NCBI GenBank assembly: GCA_902628045.1
Contig: CACOLU010000001.1
Span: forward strand, 10,672 to 74,671
Direction of reading: 5' to 3'
DNA length: 64,000 nucleotides
Source: an uncultured Candidatus Actinomarina sp.
GTDB taxonomy: Bacteria > Actinomycetota > Acidimicrobiia > Actinomarinales > Actinomarinaceae
Positions 17,394-27,275 of the stretch are shown piece by piece (position 1 is the stretch's first letter; each line of letters begins with the position of its first letter). A program made the translations under genes and the position numbers. The notes beneath the pieces are model-generated. The model was not told the DNA's origin and ran no database searches. It saw nothing but the letters and a program-made list of their open reading frames with translations.

Positions 17394-17510
17394 ACACTAT
17401 TTTTAGATAACTATTTGAAATGAAGTCGCAAGACCGAATTAAAAATAGTACGAAAATCCCGAAGGGTCGCAAGATCAATCGGGATTTTCACTTTATATAA
17501 CCCTTTTTTT
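17394..17510 (+). ncRNA. candidate small structured RNA, unit B (paralogue of unit A)
   Basis: P1 ACTATTTTTA(17396-405)/TAAAAATAGT(17440-49) encloses hairpin GUC-GCAA-GAC (17425-34). The 37-nt hairpin at 17452-88 is identical to that of unit A. Confidence 0.35.
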
Positions 17511-17669
17511 TACAAAAAATAGCAAAAAGACTCCCCGTGGCTGTAAATTTTTGTTTTATCGTCTTCAAAAGTGGCTCAAAGCACGAAAGGAAGTCTTACT
17601 TATATTTTAGTATCTAGAGGATTATTTTTATTATTTGGGCAAAAAATAGGATGATTTATACTTAAATTC

Positions 17670-18437
17670 ATGAATATAGGCGCACATATACCCTCAAAAA
17701 ATGCAATTGAAGAGATAAAACAGCGAAAAGGTGACACTTTTCAAATATTTATATCCAGTCCACAGATGTGGAAAAGCCCGAAACCTCGAGAAGATGTCGA
17801 TATTTTACAAGATTATGAAGGGCCGATTTATGTTCACGCCCCGTATTTAATTAATGTTGCAACGCCTAACAACAAAGTACGTCATCCAAGTAGAAAACTA
17901 CTCAAAGACACTTGTAAAGTTGCAGCAAGTTTTGGTGCAAAAGGAGTCATTGTTCATGGTGGATCGGTTGGAGAAGGTGGAGATATCGGAGTTGGGTATG
18001 ACAACTGGAGAAAAGCTATAGAACATGTGGAAGACACCGGCATGAGAGTGTTAGTAGAAAATACAGCTGGTGGGAAAAATTCAGTTGCAAGATATATGGA
18101 TTCTATTGAGAGACTCTGGGAAGTCATTGGTCATTTAAATGTTGGACTCTGTTTAGACACTTGCCATACATGGGCTGGTGGTATTCCAACAGAGAATGCA
18201 GTAAGAGGGTTTAAAAAACTAGTTAAAAAAATAGACTTAGTTCACTTTAATGACTCCAAAGATGGTTTTGAGAGCTCTAGAGATCGTCATGAAAATCTCG
18301 GTAAAGGCCAAATTCCTAAGGCAGAACTTGAGTATGTTATTAAAAACTGCAAAACAGATATTGTTGTTGAAACACCGGGAGGGCTTGAAGCGCAGAAGAA
18401 AGACATTGCTTGGATTAAACGTCGTTTAAAAAAATGA
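17670..18437 (+). CDS. nfo: deoxyribonuclease IV (endonuclease IV)
   Basis: 255 aa; GAHI, VHAPYLIN, LVENTAG, LDTCH and HFNDSK...RDRHENLGKG motifs of AP endonuclease family 2. Confidence 0.85.
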   Translation: MNIGAHIPSKNAIEEIKQRKGDTFQIFISSPQMWKSPKPREDVDILQDYEGPIYVHAPYLINVATPNNKVRHPSRKLLKDTCKVAASFGAKGVIVHGGSVGEGGDIGVGYDNWRKAIEHVEDTGMRVLVENTAGGKNSVARYMDSIERLWEVIGHLNVGLCLDTCHTWAGGIPTENAVRGFKKLVKKIDLVHFNDSKDGFESSRDRHENLGKGQIPKAELEYVIKNCKTDIVVETPGGLEAQKKDIAWIKRRLKK

Positions 18438-19702
18438 ATTATTTACCATCTAATCTCGAATTTAAAGATGGAGTAGCTTTTATAGGAGAGACTTCACTTC
18501 TTGATGTTGCTAAAGAGTATGGTACTCCCCTATATGTATATGACTGGGAACATTTAAGAGATAATATTGATCACTTTACGAATGCATTTGGTGAGGAGAC
18601 GTATTTTAGATATGCAGCAAAAGCTTTTATCTGTAAAGCCTTAGTCAAAGAGCTAGAAGAAAAGGGCTGGGGAGTAGATGTTGTCTCAGGTGGAGAAATG
18701 GCAACAGTACAAGCTGTTACTGGTACTTTAGAAAACTCATTATTTAATGGAACGTTTAAGCATAAAGATGAGATTGAGTTCTTTATGCAACATAATGGTG
18801 GCCATATCTCGGTAGATAATCGTTTTGAGATTCCAATGTTAGAACAGGTTGCAAGTAAATTAGACAGAAAACAACCAGTTATTATGCGTATAAATTTAGA
18901 TGTTGGAGCAGAAACGCATCCAATGGTATTAACTTCAGGATACGACCAACAGTTCGGTATCTCTATTGGCTTTGCTGAAGAGGCATTACAACAAATTTAT
19001 AACTCTCCTCATCTACTTTTTTCAGGAGTACATGTTCATATCGGAAGTCAGATTAAAGACCCAGATCGTTACAGAAAAGCAATGAGCGAGTGTGCAGATT
19101 TTGTCAATGCTCATCCTGCAAGTGTAGAGAGAGAAGTAGTTTTTGATGCAGGGGGTGGATTCTTTTCACCTTATGCAGGTGATGAAGTTGATCATGAATT
19201 AAAAGTATATGCTGATGCAATTCATGATGGGATTAAAGAACACTGGAGTGGGTCTTATAAAGTAATGATTGAACCAGGAAGAGCATTAGTAAATAATCCA
19301 GGAGTCATTTTATATACGGCTGGTGCCATTAAAGATGACCGGGGTGAGAAACCATATATTTTGGTGGATGGTGGTATGTCAGATAATCCAAGGCCAGCCC
19401 TATATGGAAGCGAGCACAAACTTTTTAATATCTCTGGTGGAAAAGTTGGAGAAGACGTTGTGCAAGCAGTCTCTGGTAGGCATTGTGAAAGTGGAGATTT
19501 ATTAGTGAAAGATGCGATGTTGCCAAGTGATACTATGTCAGGAGATATCTTAATGTCTACATCTACTGGAGCATATACCTTTGCAATGGCAAGTAACTAT
19601 AACCGAGTTCCTAAATCTGGAGTAGTTGCTATTACTAATAGTGGCGTTGTTGAGTTAGTAAATAGACAGAGCTTTCAAGATACGTTTATTAACGATTTAT
19701 AA
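18434..19702 (+). CDS. lysA: diaminopimelate decarboxylase
   Basis: 422 aa; PLYVYD, HVHIGSQ, EPGR and CESGD motifs. Confidence 0.9.
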   Translation: MNYLPSNLEFKDGVAFIGETSLLDVAKEYGTPLYVYDWEHLRDNIDHFTNAFGEETYFRYAAKAFICKALVKELEEKGWGVDVVSGGEMATVQAVTGTLENSLFNGTFKHKDEIEFFMQHNGGHISVDNRFEIPMLEQVASKLDRKQPVIMRINLDVGAETHPMVLTSGYDQQFGISIGFAEEALQQIYNSPHLLFSGVHVHIGSQIKDPDRYRKAMSECADFVNAHPASVEREVVFDAGGGFFSPYAGDEVDHELKVYADAIHDGIKEHWSGSYKVMIEPGRALVNNPGVILYTAGAIKDDRGEKPYILVDGGMSDNPRPALYGSEHKLFNISGGKVGEDVVQAVSGRHCESGDLLVKDAMLPSDTMSGDILMSTSTGAYTFAMASNYNRVPKSGVVAITNSGVVELVNRQSFQDTFINDL

Positions 19703-19737
19703 CTCAAAGATCTAAAAGACTATAATTAACAGAAGAG

Positions 19738-20484
19738 ATGGCTTTTAGAAAAAATAATACATATAAATACGAATCTGGAAAAACTTTTAAGTTAAGCAGA
19801 AGCGGAATAGACAGTTTTATAAAATGTCAGAGATGTTTTTACCTAAATAAAGTCGGAAACATTAAAGATATTGGTATGCCAGGATTTTCATTAAATTCAG
19901 CCCACGATGAATTAATGAAGAAAGAGTTAGATACGTATAGAGAAAAAGCTGAAGCACATCCTTATATGGAAAGTCTTAACAAGAATTTAATTCCTTTCCA
20001 ACATGAAAAAATGGAGGAGTGGAGAAACAACTTCAAAGGAATAGCTTATCATCATAAAAAAACAGATTTAATAATTACAGGAGCTATTGACGACGTATGG
20101 ATAGACACAGATACAAATGAGTTGGTAATTGTTGAATACAAATCGACATCTACACAAAGTGAAATTGATTTAAATGATGGTACTCCCTGGAAGGAGCAGT
20201 ACAAAAGACAAATAGATATTTATCAGTGGTTATTTAGAATGAATGGATTTGAAGTCTCTGATGACAGTGTATTTTTATACTCAAATGGTATTAAAACAGC
20301 GGAGAAATTTAATGATGTTATGAATTTTAAAACATATGTTTTGGAATATAAAGGATCAACAGATTGGGTAGAGCCAAAGATTATTGAAATTAAAAAAGTT
20401 TTAGACCAAACGTCTATACCTAGCCTTAATGAAGAATGTGAAACATGTTCATACGTGGAATCAGTACAGGCTTACAATTTATAA
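19738..20484 (+). CDS. PD-(D/E)XK nuclease, Cas4/RecB-like with four Cys
   Basis: D...IVEYK core, QIDIYQW (QxxxY) motif, and CQRC (N-terminal) plus CETC (C-terminal) cysteine pairs. Confidence 0.65.
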   Translation: MAFRKNNTYKYESGKTFKLSRSGIDSFIKCQRCFYLNKVGNIKDIGMPGFSLNSAHDELMKKELDTYREKAEAHPYMESLNKNLIPFQHEKMEEWRNNFKGIAYHHKKTDLIITGAIDDVWIDTDTNELVIVEYKSTSTQSEIDLNDGTPWKEQYKRQIDIYQWLFRMNGFEVSDDSVFLYSNGIKTAEKFNDVMNFKTYVLEYKGSTDWVEPKIIEIKKVLDQTSIPSLNEECETCSYVESVQAYNL

Positions 20485-20551
20485 ATCACATAAAAACATT
20501 TTTCTTAGATAAAAATTTCTCATATAAACGCATTTTTGTTTAAATAATTTC

Positions 20552-20959
20552 ATGAATGTAAAAATATTAAATACAAAGATTGACGATTTTGTGTCTTACA
20601 CAATGAGTTTCTTGAACAATATCCAAGTATTTCATTGGCAAACTCAATCTTATGCCGAACATCAAGCGTTAGGCGAATATTATGAAAGCCTTACAGACTT
20701 AAATGACAAGTTTGTAGAGTCTTGGCAGGGAAACCAGAACACCAGGCTCAGGTTCAGTGAAGGTCCTTATTCTTTGCAAAATTATTTTTCTAAAGAAGAG
20801 ACGAAGAATCTTATTAACGACTTCAAAGACCAAGTAACACAGTTATCTGGATTTGTAGCGGAATTAAACGAATCGAATTCTTTTGATGATATAGAGAATA
20901 TTCTTGAGGAAATATCAGAGGTAAACAGCAGAACTCTTTACTTGCTAAGTTTGAGTTAA
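20552..20959 (+). CDS. hypothetical helical protein, Dps/ferritin-like signature
   Basis: 135 aa. FHWQTQSYAEHQALGEYYESLTDLNDKFVE resembles a ferritin-like helix pair. Weak call. Confidence 0.4.
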   Translation: MNVKILNTKIDDFVSYTMSFLNNIQVFHWQTQSYAEHQALGEYYESLTDLNDKFVESWQGNQNTRLRFSEGPYSLQNYFSKEETKNLINDFKDQVTQLSGFVAELNESNSFDDIENILEEISEVNSRTLYLLSLS

Positions 20960-21348
20960 AGTTTAAAAAATGACCCCTCGGGGTATTTTTTCAAGATGTA
21001 TCTTGTAAATAGAAATAGCCACATTTCACCAATTAGCAATACGATTGAAATTGGATGAATCCCATCTTGCACAAAACTTATGACTCTTGCAATCATCACA
21101 AATCCTAGAGTGACAAAAAGAATCCTAATCCAAAAATTATCTTTTGTTCTAAGCCAGAGAAGTGGTGCAACGCCAACTAGAATCCAAAGACCTCCAAGAT
21201 CCGCCTTGATTTGATTTAATGCATAGTTTTCAGAGACAGTGATTCCAAGAAAATCAAAAAACTGATTATTGAATACGAGCAATGCAACTGCAACAGTAAA
21301 TCCAAATACTGAAGTACCAATTACATTGACTCGTATAAATATTTTCAT
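20956..21348 (-). CDS. small membrane protein (4 TM), unknown function
   Basis: 130 aa, hydrophobic throughout. Confidence 0.55.
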   Translation of the reverse strand: MKIFIRVNVIGTSVFGFTVAVALLVFNNQFFDFLGITVSENYALNQIKADLGGLWILVGVAPLLWLRTKDNFWIRILFVTLGFVMIARVISFVQDGIHPISIVLLIGEMWLFLFTRYILKKYPEGSFFKL

Positions 21349-21351
21349 ATA

Positions 21352-21705
21352 TTATTGATTTGTTAAATCAATATCCATTCCTTGCATGTTTATTTCTAGT
21401 AACTTTCCAGCTTCCCTGTCTTCAGCTGTTTTTCCAGTTTTTTCAAACATTTTTTCATCAAATTTAGCTGTTTCAGTGTCAACATCATAGTTTTCAACCC
21501 ATGCATCTCTTGATTCCTTTGAAGGGAATAAGTTGACTCCAATATAGTAAACACCATCTTCTTTTTCTTGATGGGCCCAGTAATATGTAACTCCTGTCGC
21601 ATCTGTAAACTCTTTTGAATATTCTGTCCACACTTCTTTTTGAGCTTGAAAAGTTTCCTCATCATGGCTCTCGAATTTTGTAAGCATAATCGTCATTTGT
21701 TCCAT
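21352..21705 (-). CDS. hypothetical cytoplasmic protein
   Basis: 117 aa, acidic. GGAGG RBS upstream on the minus strand. Confidence 0.55.
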   Translation of the reverse strand: MEQMTIMLTKFESHDEETFQAQKEVWTEYSKEFTDATGVTYYWAHQEKEDGVYYIGVNLFPSKESRDAWVENYDVDTETAKFDEKMFEKTGKTAEDREAGKLLEINMQGMDIDLTNQ

Positions 21706-21829
21706 TTTTCCTCCTTTTTAAATGTTCTTATTTAAATATACTAGAAACTAGAAAAGCCTGTTTTGATTGATTATAAAAGGCTTATTAACGAAAATTTAAC
21801 ACTTTAAATTACCGATAAATTTCAAAACT

Positions 21830-22033
21830 ATGTATTTTTATAGGACTATGAAAGATAAAGTAAATAAATTTCTTGAAGCAGAAGATAGGGTTTTTAGAGC
21901 GCCTTACAACTATCTAAAAGAAAAAGGCATTATCGATAAAGTAATTGAGTTAAAAGCCAGATTTATTGAAATCTACGACAAAGACGAACACATCCCTTAT
22001 GGTGGAAATCAAATGTTCTTTGGTGACGACTAA
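21830..22033 (+). CDS. hypothetical small protein
   Basis: 67-aa ORF filling an otherwise empty gap; no motif. Confidence 0.3.
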   Translation: MYFYRTMKDKVNKFLEAEDRVFRAPYNYLKEKGIIDKVIELKARFIEIYDKDEHIPYGGNQMFFGDD

Positions 22034-22034
22034 A

Positions 22035-22859
22035 TTATTTACTTATACAGTACGGACAGTATTCATTAATTTTAAAATCTGGAGAAGCTTTTTCCTCTGC
22101 CGATAATGGTTCTCTACATATAAAACAATAAATGTAATCTGTCTCATTTAATTCTGTATCTAAAGCTACACGTTCATCAAAAACAAAACAATCACCTTCC
22201 CAGTAAGCTCCACCAGTTTCTTTAAAGTAATCAAGAACTCCGCCCTCAAGTTGTTTTACATCTGTAAAACCAGCTTTCATCATTACTGCAGATGCTTTCT
22301 CACAACGAATACCACCTGTGCAGTACATGACGATTTGTTTATCTTTGTACTCTTCTGGAAGTGACTTAATTGCATTAGGGAAATGTCTAAAAGTATCTAA
22401 ATTTAGATCAATTGCATTTTCAAATTTGCCAACTCTAGTCTCGTATTCATTTCTTGTATCTAATACAAGAACTTCCTCTTTGCTATCAAGGAGTTGTTTT
22501 AAATCTTGTGGGGAAATTTTTTCACCTGATAGGTTTAAAGGATTTATATCTTTTCGGCCAAGAGAGATGATTTCTTTTTTAAGACGTACTTTCATTTTTC
22601 GAAATGGCTGTTCTTTGCTATAAGTTACCTTAAGTGGAATATTTAAAAACCTGATATCTTGTTCTAAAAAGAAAATAATTTTATCAATAGCTTGATTTGT
22701 TCCTGCGAGAGAGAAATTAATTCCATTTTTACTGATTAACATAGTACCTTTTAATTTAAGCTCATCGCACTTATTCTGATACAAAGAAATTAAATCAGCA
22801 GCATCCTCTAATGGCTGAAACTTATAACCAGCAATATTTACTGTGGTATTTTCATTCAC
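22035..22859 (-). CDS. trhO: rhodanese-domain tRNA uridine(34) hydroxylase (UPF0176/YceA)
   Basis: 274 aa; YKF..L N-terminal domain, rhodanese active loop YCTGGIRCEKAS, C-terminal Cys pairs. Confidence 0.75.
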   Translation of the reverse strand: MNENTTVNIAGYKFQPLEDAADLISLYQNKCDELKLKGTMLISKNGINFSLAGTNQAIDKIIFFLEQDIRFLNIPLKVTYSKEQPFRKMKVRLKKEIISLGRKDINPLNLSGEKISPQDLKQLLDSKEEVLVLDTRNEYETRVGKFENAIDLNLDTFRHFPNAIKSLPEEYKDKQIVMYCTGGIRCEKASAVMMKAGFTDVKQLEGGVLDYFKETGGAYWEGDCFVFDERVALDTELNETDYIYCFICREPLSAEEKASPDFKINEYCPYCISK

Positions 22860-22882
22860 AGCAATATTGTATATCTTGTTAT

Positions 22883-23875
22883 TTATATAATCAGGCCTCT
22901 TTTTTGAAAAAAAGAAACCATATCAAAAATAGTTTCTTCTAATGGTCTTGGGTTGTGTCCTAGTTCTTCACGCGCTAGAGTACTCGGAACTACCTTGTTA
23001 CCGCTTTTACCTGTATGGAGTGTGTCTACAGTTAATACTCTTGGTTTTCCTGTGATAAGAGATTTTATGTATTCGTAAGGTAAACCCAGGTAAGATACAA
23101 AATCTGGAATCGTAGATAATAGAACAGTTCTTCCAAGCTGTTGCTCCATCAACTTAGCAATATATGAATACAAATGATATTCTCCGCCAACTATATAATT
23201 TTGGCCAGTCCTACCTAGCTCAACTGCAGATATAGCAGTTAAGCATAAGTCTCTTACATCAACAAAGTTATATCCCCAGTTTGGAAGCAATTTCCTTTTT
23301 CCATTGGCAAGATTAACCATTTCTTGCATAGGTAGCCCAGGCTTAAAGTCATTTGGACCAACTATTGATGTTGGATGAATAATACTTGCATCCAGACCTT
23401 TTTCACAAAATTGTAATACTATCTTTTGACCATCTGCTTTTGATAAATCATATGGAACAGCATTTGGATCATCGATAAGTTTACGACTTTCTAGAAGGGG
23501 CTCTTCTATTGGGAACCTATAAAAAGCATCAACAGACGAAAAGTGGATTAATTTTTTCACACCAGCTTCTAAAGCTGCTTCACAAACATTTTTAGTTCCA
23601 TCAACATTAACTAGTCGTATTTGTTTTTCATATCTTCTATCTAAATTTATTAAAGCTGCTGTATGAAAGACAATATCTACATTTTTAAATATAGGTTCTA
23701 AAGATTCTTTGTTGGTAATGTCGCCTTTTATAACCTCAACTTCAAAACCTTCATAAGCTCTGTGATCACCATCAAAGTCAATACACCTGATTTTAAAACC
23801 TTGTTTGCTCAGTTCTCTAATAAAATTAGAACCTACGTGGCCAGAACTGCCAGTTATTAAAGCAGTAGACAACAC
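22883..23875 (-). CDS. NAD-dependent epimerase/dehydratase (extended SDR) family protein
   Basis: ITGSSGHVGSN Rossmann motif; YDLSK catalytic YxxxK. Confidence 0.8.
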   Translation of the reverse strand: MLSTALITGSSGHVGSNFIRELSKQGFKIRCIDFDGDHRAYEGFEVEVIKGDITNKESLEPIFKNVDIVFHTAALINLDRRYEKQIRLVNVDGTKNVCEAALEAGVKKLIHFSSVDAFYRFPIEEPLLESRKLIDDPNAVPYDLSKADGQKIVLQFCEKGLDASIIHPTSIVGPNDFKPGLPMQEMVNLANGKRKLLPNWGYNFVDVRDLCLTAISAVELGRTGQNYIVGGEYHLYSYIAKLMEQQLGRTVLLSTIPDFVSYLGLPYEYIKSLITGKPRVLTVDTLHTGKSGNKVVPSTLAREELGHNPRPLEETIFDMVSFFQKRGLII

Positions 23876-23883
23876 CCCTCCCT

Positions 23884-24843
23884 TTACGAGTTTTTAGGTA
23901 AATGTTTTTCTAAAAAATTACCTATCTGTTTAAAAGCTTCAATTGTCTCTGGCATGCTTACATCAATATGAAATACATGATACATACCTTCCCACTCATA
24001 ATATTCATGTACACAATTGTCTCTTTCGAGTAATTCTTTAAGAGATTGGGAATCTGAAAGTAAAAGCTCCTCTGTGCCAACCTGAATCATAATTGGTGGA
24101 GAGTTTTTATAGTCCCCACTAAGTGGAAACATAAACTCATTTTGTTTATCAACATCATCCTCATCAATATAAAAGTTGTATAACTCGTCATTATTTTTCC
24201 ACACCCTCTTCATTATTGGACCAAGAAGAATATCTCTATCTGCCATATCTTCTGTATAAGAATCTCCGGAACCAGATGGGTCAGCCCATGGAGAAAGTAA
24301 AGCAAGTGAGGATGGAAGAGCAATTTCAAGTTCTTTAAGTTTTAACATAGTAATTAAAGCCAAGTTACCACCGGCAGAATCACCCCCAATTGCAATTTGT
24401 TTAGGTGAATATCCAAAATCATTTATTAAAGACTCATATGTTTTTACTCCATCTTCTAACTGTGCAGGATATTTACTCTCGGGGCCCAATCTATAATCAG
24501 GTATATATACAGTTGTGTTAGTAATGTCAGCTAAGTAACTTACAAGAGAGTAGTGAGATTCAGGACTTCCCATAGCATAACCACCACCGTGATAATAAAG
24601 AAATATTCTTTCCGGGTCTGAATTAGGTGTTGTAACTTTTAAAGTTCTGATTCCCGCTAGAGAAACTTCCTCCTTAATTGTACCTTTAACTTTTGGACCT
24701 ATAACACCTTGTAAGTTTATAAACCACCTGAAAAAATTAACTCTCCAAGCTGTTATCTCACTAGGGGTTCTATAAAAAGAGCTAATGAAAGAAGCAAAGC
24801 CTTTATATCTTTTTATACTTTTTTGTGCTTCATTGCTTATCAT
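23884..24843 (-). CDS. alpha/beta hydrolase, hormone-sensitive-lipase-type esterase
   Basis: HGGGY oxyanion motif and GDSAGG nucleophile elbow. Confidence 0.8.
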   Translation of the reverse strand: MISNEAQKSIKRYKGFASFISSFYRTPSEITAWRVNFFRWFINLQGVIGPKVKGTIKEEVSLAGIRTLKVTTPNSDPERIFLYYHGGGYAMGSPESHYSLVSYLADITNTTVYIPDYRLGPESKYPAQLEDGVKTYESLINDFGYSPKQIAIGGDSAGGNLALITMLKLKELEIALPSSLALLSPWADPSGSGDSYTEDMADRDILLGPIMKRVWKNNDELYNFYIDEDDVDKQNEFMFPLSGDYKNSPPIMIQVGTEELLLSDSQSLKELLERDNCVHEYYEWEGMYHVFHIDVSMPETIEAFKQIGNFLEKHLPKNS

Positions 24844-24911
24844 TTTTATGTTCTATGTATAACTTATGATTAGTATTGTTAATTTTCAAATTAATCTTGC
24901 GTGTTTTATGA

Positions 24912-25931
24912 TTAAGAAAGTTTTTTTAGTGCTTTATTTTTCAGCTCAGGCTTAACAAATCCAGCTTCAATAGTATTTTTCGTAATACCAAGAATATCTT
25001 TTTCATCTAATCCAAACGATTCAACTACATTATTTACTTCTTCTGACATAGTTATATCACTCATAAGCCGATTATCTGTATTTATAGTCACATTAAATCC
25101 TGCATTAAACAATTCACCAAAAGAGTGTTCTGAAACATCGGAGTATGCTCCGCACTGTACATTTGAGGTAGGGCAAATTTCTAAAGCAATATTGTTGTCG
25201 AACACATACTGGGCTGCAGTATTTTGAAAAGTGACTTCACCATTGTTAAAAGCTATATCATTGATGATTTGAGATCCATGCCCAACTCTTTTTGCCTTTG
25301 AGTCTATAACAACTTCTTTAATACCTTCTGCAACTTCCCAGTCAGCATGGAGGGTAACGTTTATATTGTTCTCAACAGCCAAGGAGCAAGCTTCACTGTG
25401 ATTAAGTACAGAAAAACCAACTTCAGGTCCTGCAAGATCAAAACCAATGACATCGTTATGTTCGATGCATAAATTTACAACCTCAAGAGAGTTTTGTTCT
25501 TGTCGCATCGCACATAATATAACTCCAGCAACAATATCATATTTTTCCATCCCATCTTTTATGCCATTAACTACTGAATCTACTACCTCACCAGTTGTTA
25601 AACCCTTAAAGGTATGAACAAGTGGAGCAAATCTTAGTTCTGCGTAAACAACCCCATCATTTGATAAGTCCTCTAATGCTTCTGTAGTTACTCTGTAAAT
25701 TGAGTCCTTGTCCTGCATTACGCCAATCGTGTGTTCCCATGCTTCTAGATTGATCGCAAGTGATTTATCAGGTTTTGGTTGGATCCATTTTTTTAATTCA
25801 TCATGGTTGGTTGATGGAAGGTTTGGATAATTTTGTTCATTTGCCAATTCGATTAAAGTTTCAACTCTTAACCCTCCATCTAAATGGTCATGGAGAACTG
25901 CCTTTGGAACTGTTTTTATCCAATCATGCAT
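24912..25931 (-). CDS. add: adenosine deaminase
   Basis: PKAVLHDHLDGGLR, HA...E, RVGHG and NTDN motifs. Confidence 0.9.
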   Translation of the reverse strand: MHDWIKTVPKAVLHDHLDGGLRVETLIELANEQNYPNLPSTNHDELKKWIQPKPDKSLAINLEAWEHTIGVMQDKDSIYRVTTEALEDLSNDGVVYAELRFAPLVHTFKGLTTGEVVDSVVNGIKDGMEKYDIVAGVILCAMRQEQNSLEVVNLCIEHNDVIGFDLAGPEVGFSVLNHSEACSLAVENNINVTLHADWEVAEGIKEVVIDSKAKRVGHGSQIINDIAFNNGEVTFQNTAAQYVFDNNIALEICPTSNVQCGAYSDVSEHSFGELFNAGFNVTINTDNRLMSDITMSEEVNNVVESFGLDEKDILGITKNTIEAGFVKPELKNKALKKLS

Positions 25932-25987
25932 AGTAATCCTTAAAATTATTAGTTAAATATTTCTTATCTATATCATTATATTCTTAT

Positions 25988-27274
25988 ATGAGTAAAAAAG
26001 TTTACCTTCTCTGGTTTGGCCAAACTGTATCATGGACTGGATCTGCGATGTCTTTTTTTGCAATTGGTGTTTGGATATTTGAAACTACGGGAAAAGCAAG
26101 TGCTCTATCCACAATCTTATTTACAGTTGCTATAGTTGGAGTAATCACAGGACCTTTTGGTGGCGTTCTTGCAGATAGATTCCCAAGAAAAAAACTAATA
26201 ATTATTTTTGATTTGATAATTGCAGTACTGATGTGCATCATTTGTTACCTTGCATTAAATGGTATGTTGACTTTAACTCTTCTTATTCCATTTGCTTTAG
26301 CGTTTGGTATTTTTGAAATAGCACATTGGACAACGTGGAGTGCTTTTTTGGGTGATGTAGTTAAGAAAAATGAAGTGACTAAGATATCAGCTTTATTCGA
26401 AAGTGCAGAAGCCATATCTGTTCTTATTGGTCCAATAGGTGGTGCATTTATATACTCTTTTTTTGGATTAACAGGTGTAATACTTGTAGATATTGTGACT
26501 TGTTTGTTTGGCATCGCTACAATCACTTTTTTTAAAAGTAAAAAAGTGGAAACAAAAAGTAAGTTAAACTTCAAAAATGTTTATTTTGACCTAATTGAAG
26601 CTTATTACTGGCTAAAAAAACAAAAAGGCTTGCTTACTTTGGTGCTAATTTTTTCATTTGGTAATTTCTTATGGGGTTTTACTACCGTTTTGATTCCTCC
26701 AATGATTCTTAGTTTTACTGACGCAAGAGGCTTGGGCATTGTAGAGTCAAGTGTGGGATTTGCTTTTCTTTTAGGTTCAGTCATATCTTTGAAATTATCT
26801 GACTGGCTTCAAGGAAACCTAAAGATTGCAATATATTGCGGTCTTTTAGGAGGATTGAGTTTAATTTTTGGATCATTCAGACCAAGTATTTTACTTCTCT
26901 GTATTCACGGGATTATTGCCGGAGTAAGTGGCACTGTTCAATATACTATTTCGTCTGGTGCATGGTTAGCAATTACTAACGAGAGTATCAGAGGTAGGGC
27001 TTTGGCCTTGAGAGGGACAATTGCTCAGATGTTAAGACCACTCGGAGTTGTCATTGCAGGACCCTTGGGAGATTATTTAGAATTTTCTTATTACCCTGCT
27101 AATTCTGATTTTTTATCACTATTAGTTGGAAATGGTCCTGGAAGAGGTTATGCATTTTTATTTTTTATTGTAGGAGTTCTGTACATTTTTCTATGGGCTA
27201 TAAATTTTAATAATAAAAATTTATTAAGCCTTTCTGAGCAGGTAAGAGAAATCACAAGTAAGAATCATTTTTGA
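25988..27274 (+). CDS. MFS transporter
   Basis: 428 aa, 12 TM; GGVLADRFPRKK loop motif. Confidence 0.8.
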   Translation: MSKKVYLLWFGQTVSWTGSAMSFFAIGVWIFETTGKASALSTILFTVAIVGVITGPFGGVLADRFPRKKLIIIFDLIIAVLMCIICYLALNGMLTLTLLIPFALAFGIFEIAHWTTWSAFLGDVVKKNEVTKISALFESAEAISVLIGPIGGAFIYSFFGLTGVILVDIVTCLFGIATITFFKSKKVETKSKLNFKNVYFDLIEAYYWLKKQKGLLTLVLIFSFGNFLWGFTTVLIPPMILSFTDARGLGIVESSVGFAFLLGSVISLKLSDWLQGNLKIAIYCGLLGGLSLIFGSFRPSILLLCIHGIIAGVSGTVQYTISSGAWLAITNESIRGRALALRGTIAQMLRPLGVVIAGPLGDYLEFSYYPANSDFLSLLVGNGPGRGYAFLFFIVGVLYIFLWAINFNNKNLLSLSEQVREITSKNHF

Positions 27275-27275
27275 T

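Noticed and set aside
17421-17500. Small peptide ORF inside RNA unit B (MKSQDRIKNSTKIPKGRKINRDFHFI).
   Set aside because: The equivalent frame in unit A is interrupted by a stop (GAA ATC GCA AGA TAG). Conservation between the units follows base-pairing, not a reading frame.
17131-17520. CRISPR-like or mobile-element interpretation of the tandem repeats.
   Set aside because: There are only two copies, and the units are diverged apart from the hairpin. There is no spacer-repeat regularity, no terminal inverted repeats or target duplications, and no cas or transposase genes in the window.
17500-17669. Lysine riboswitch, SRP RNA or 6C RNA upstream of nfo-lysA. The region has AAGACU...AGUCUU and CGUG...CACG pairings and a CCCC run.
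   Set aside because: I could not find the conserved L-box cores, the SRP domain IV AGCA/GGAA loops, or the paired C-rich loops of 6C. Only generic complementarity is present.
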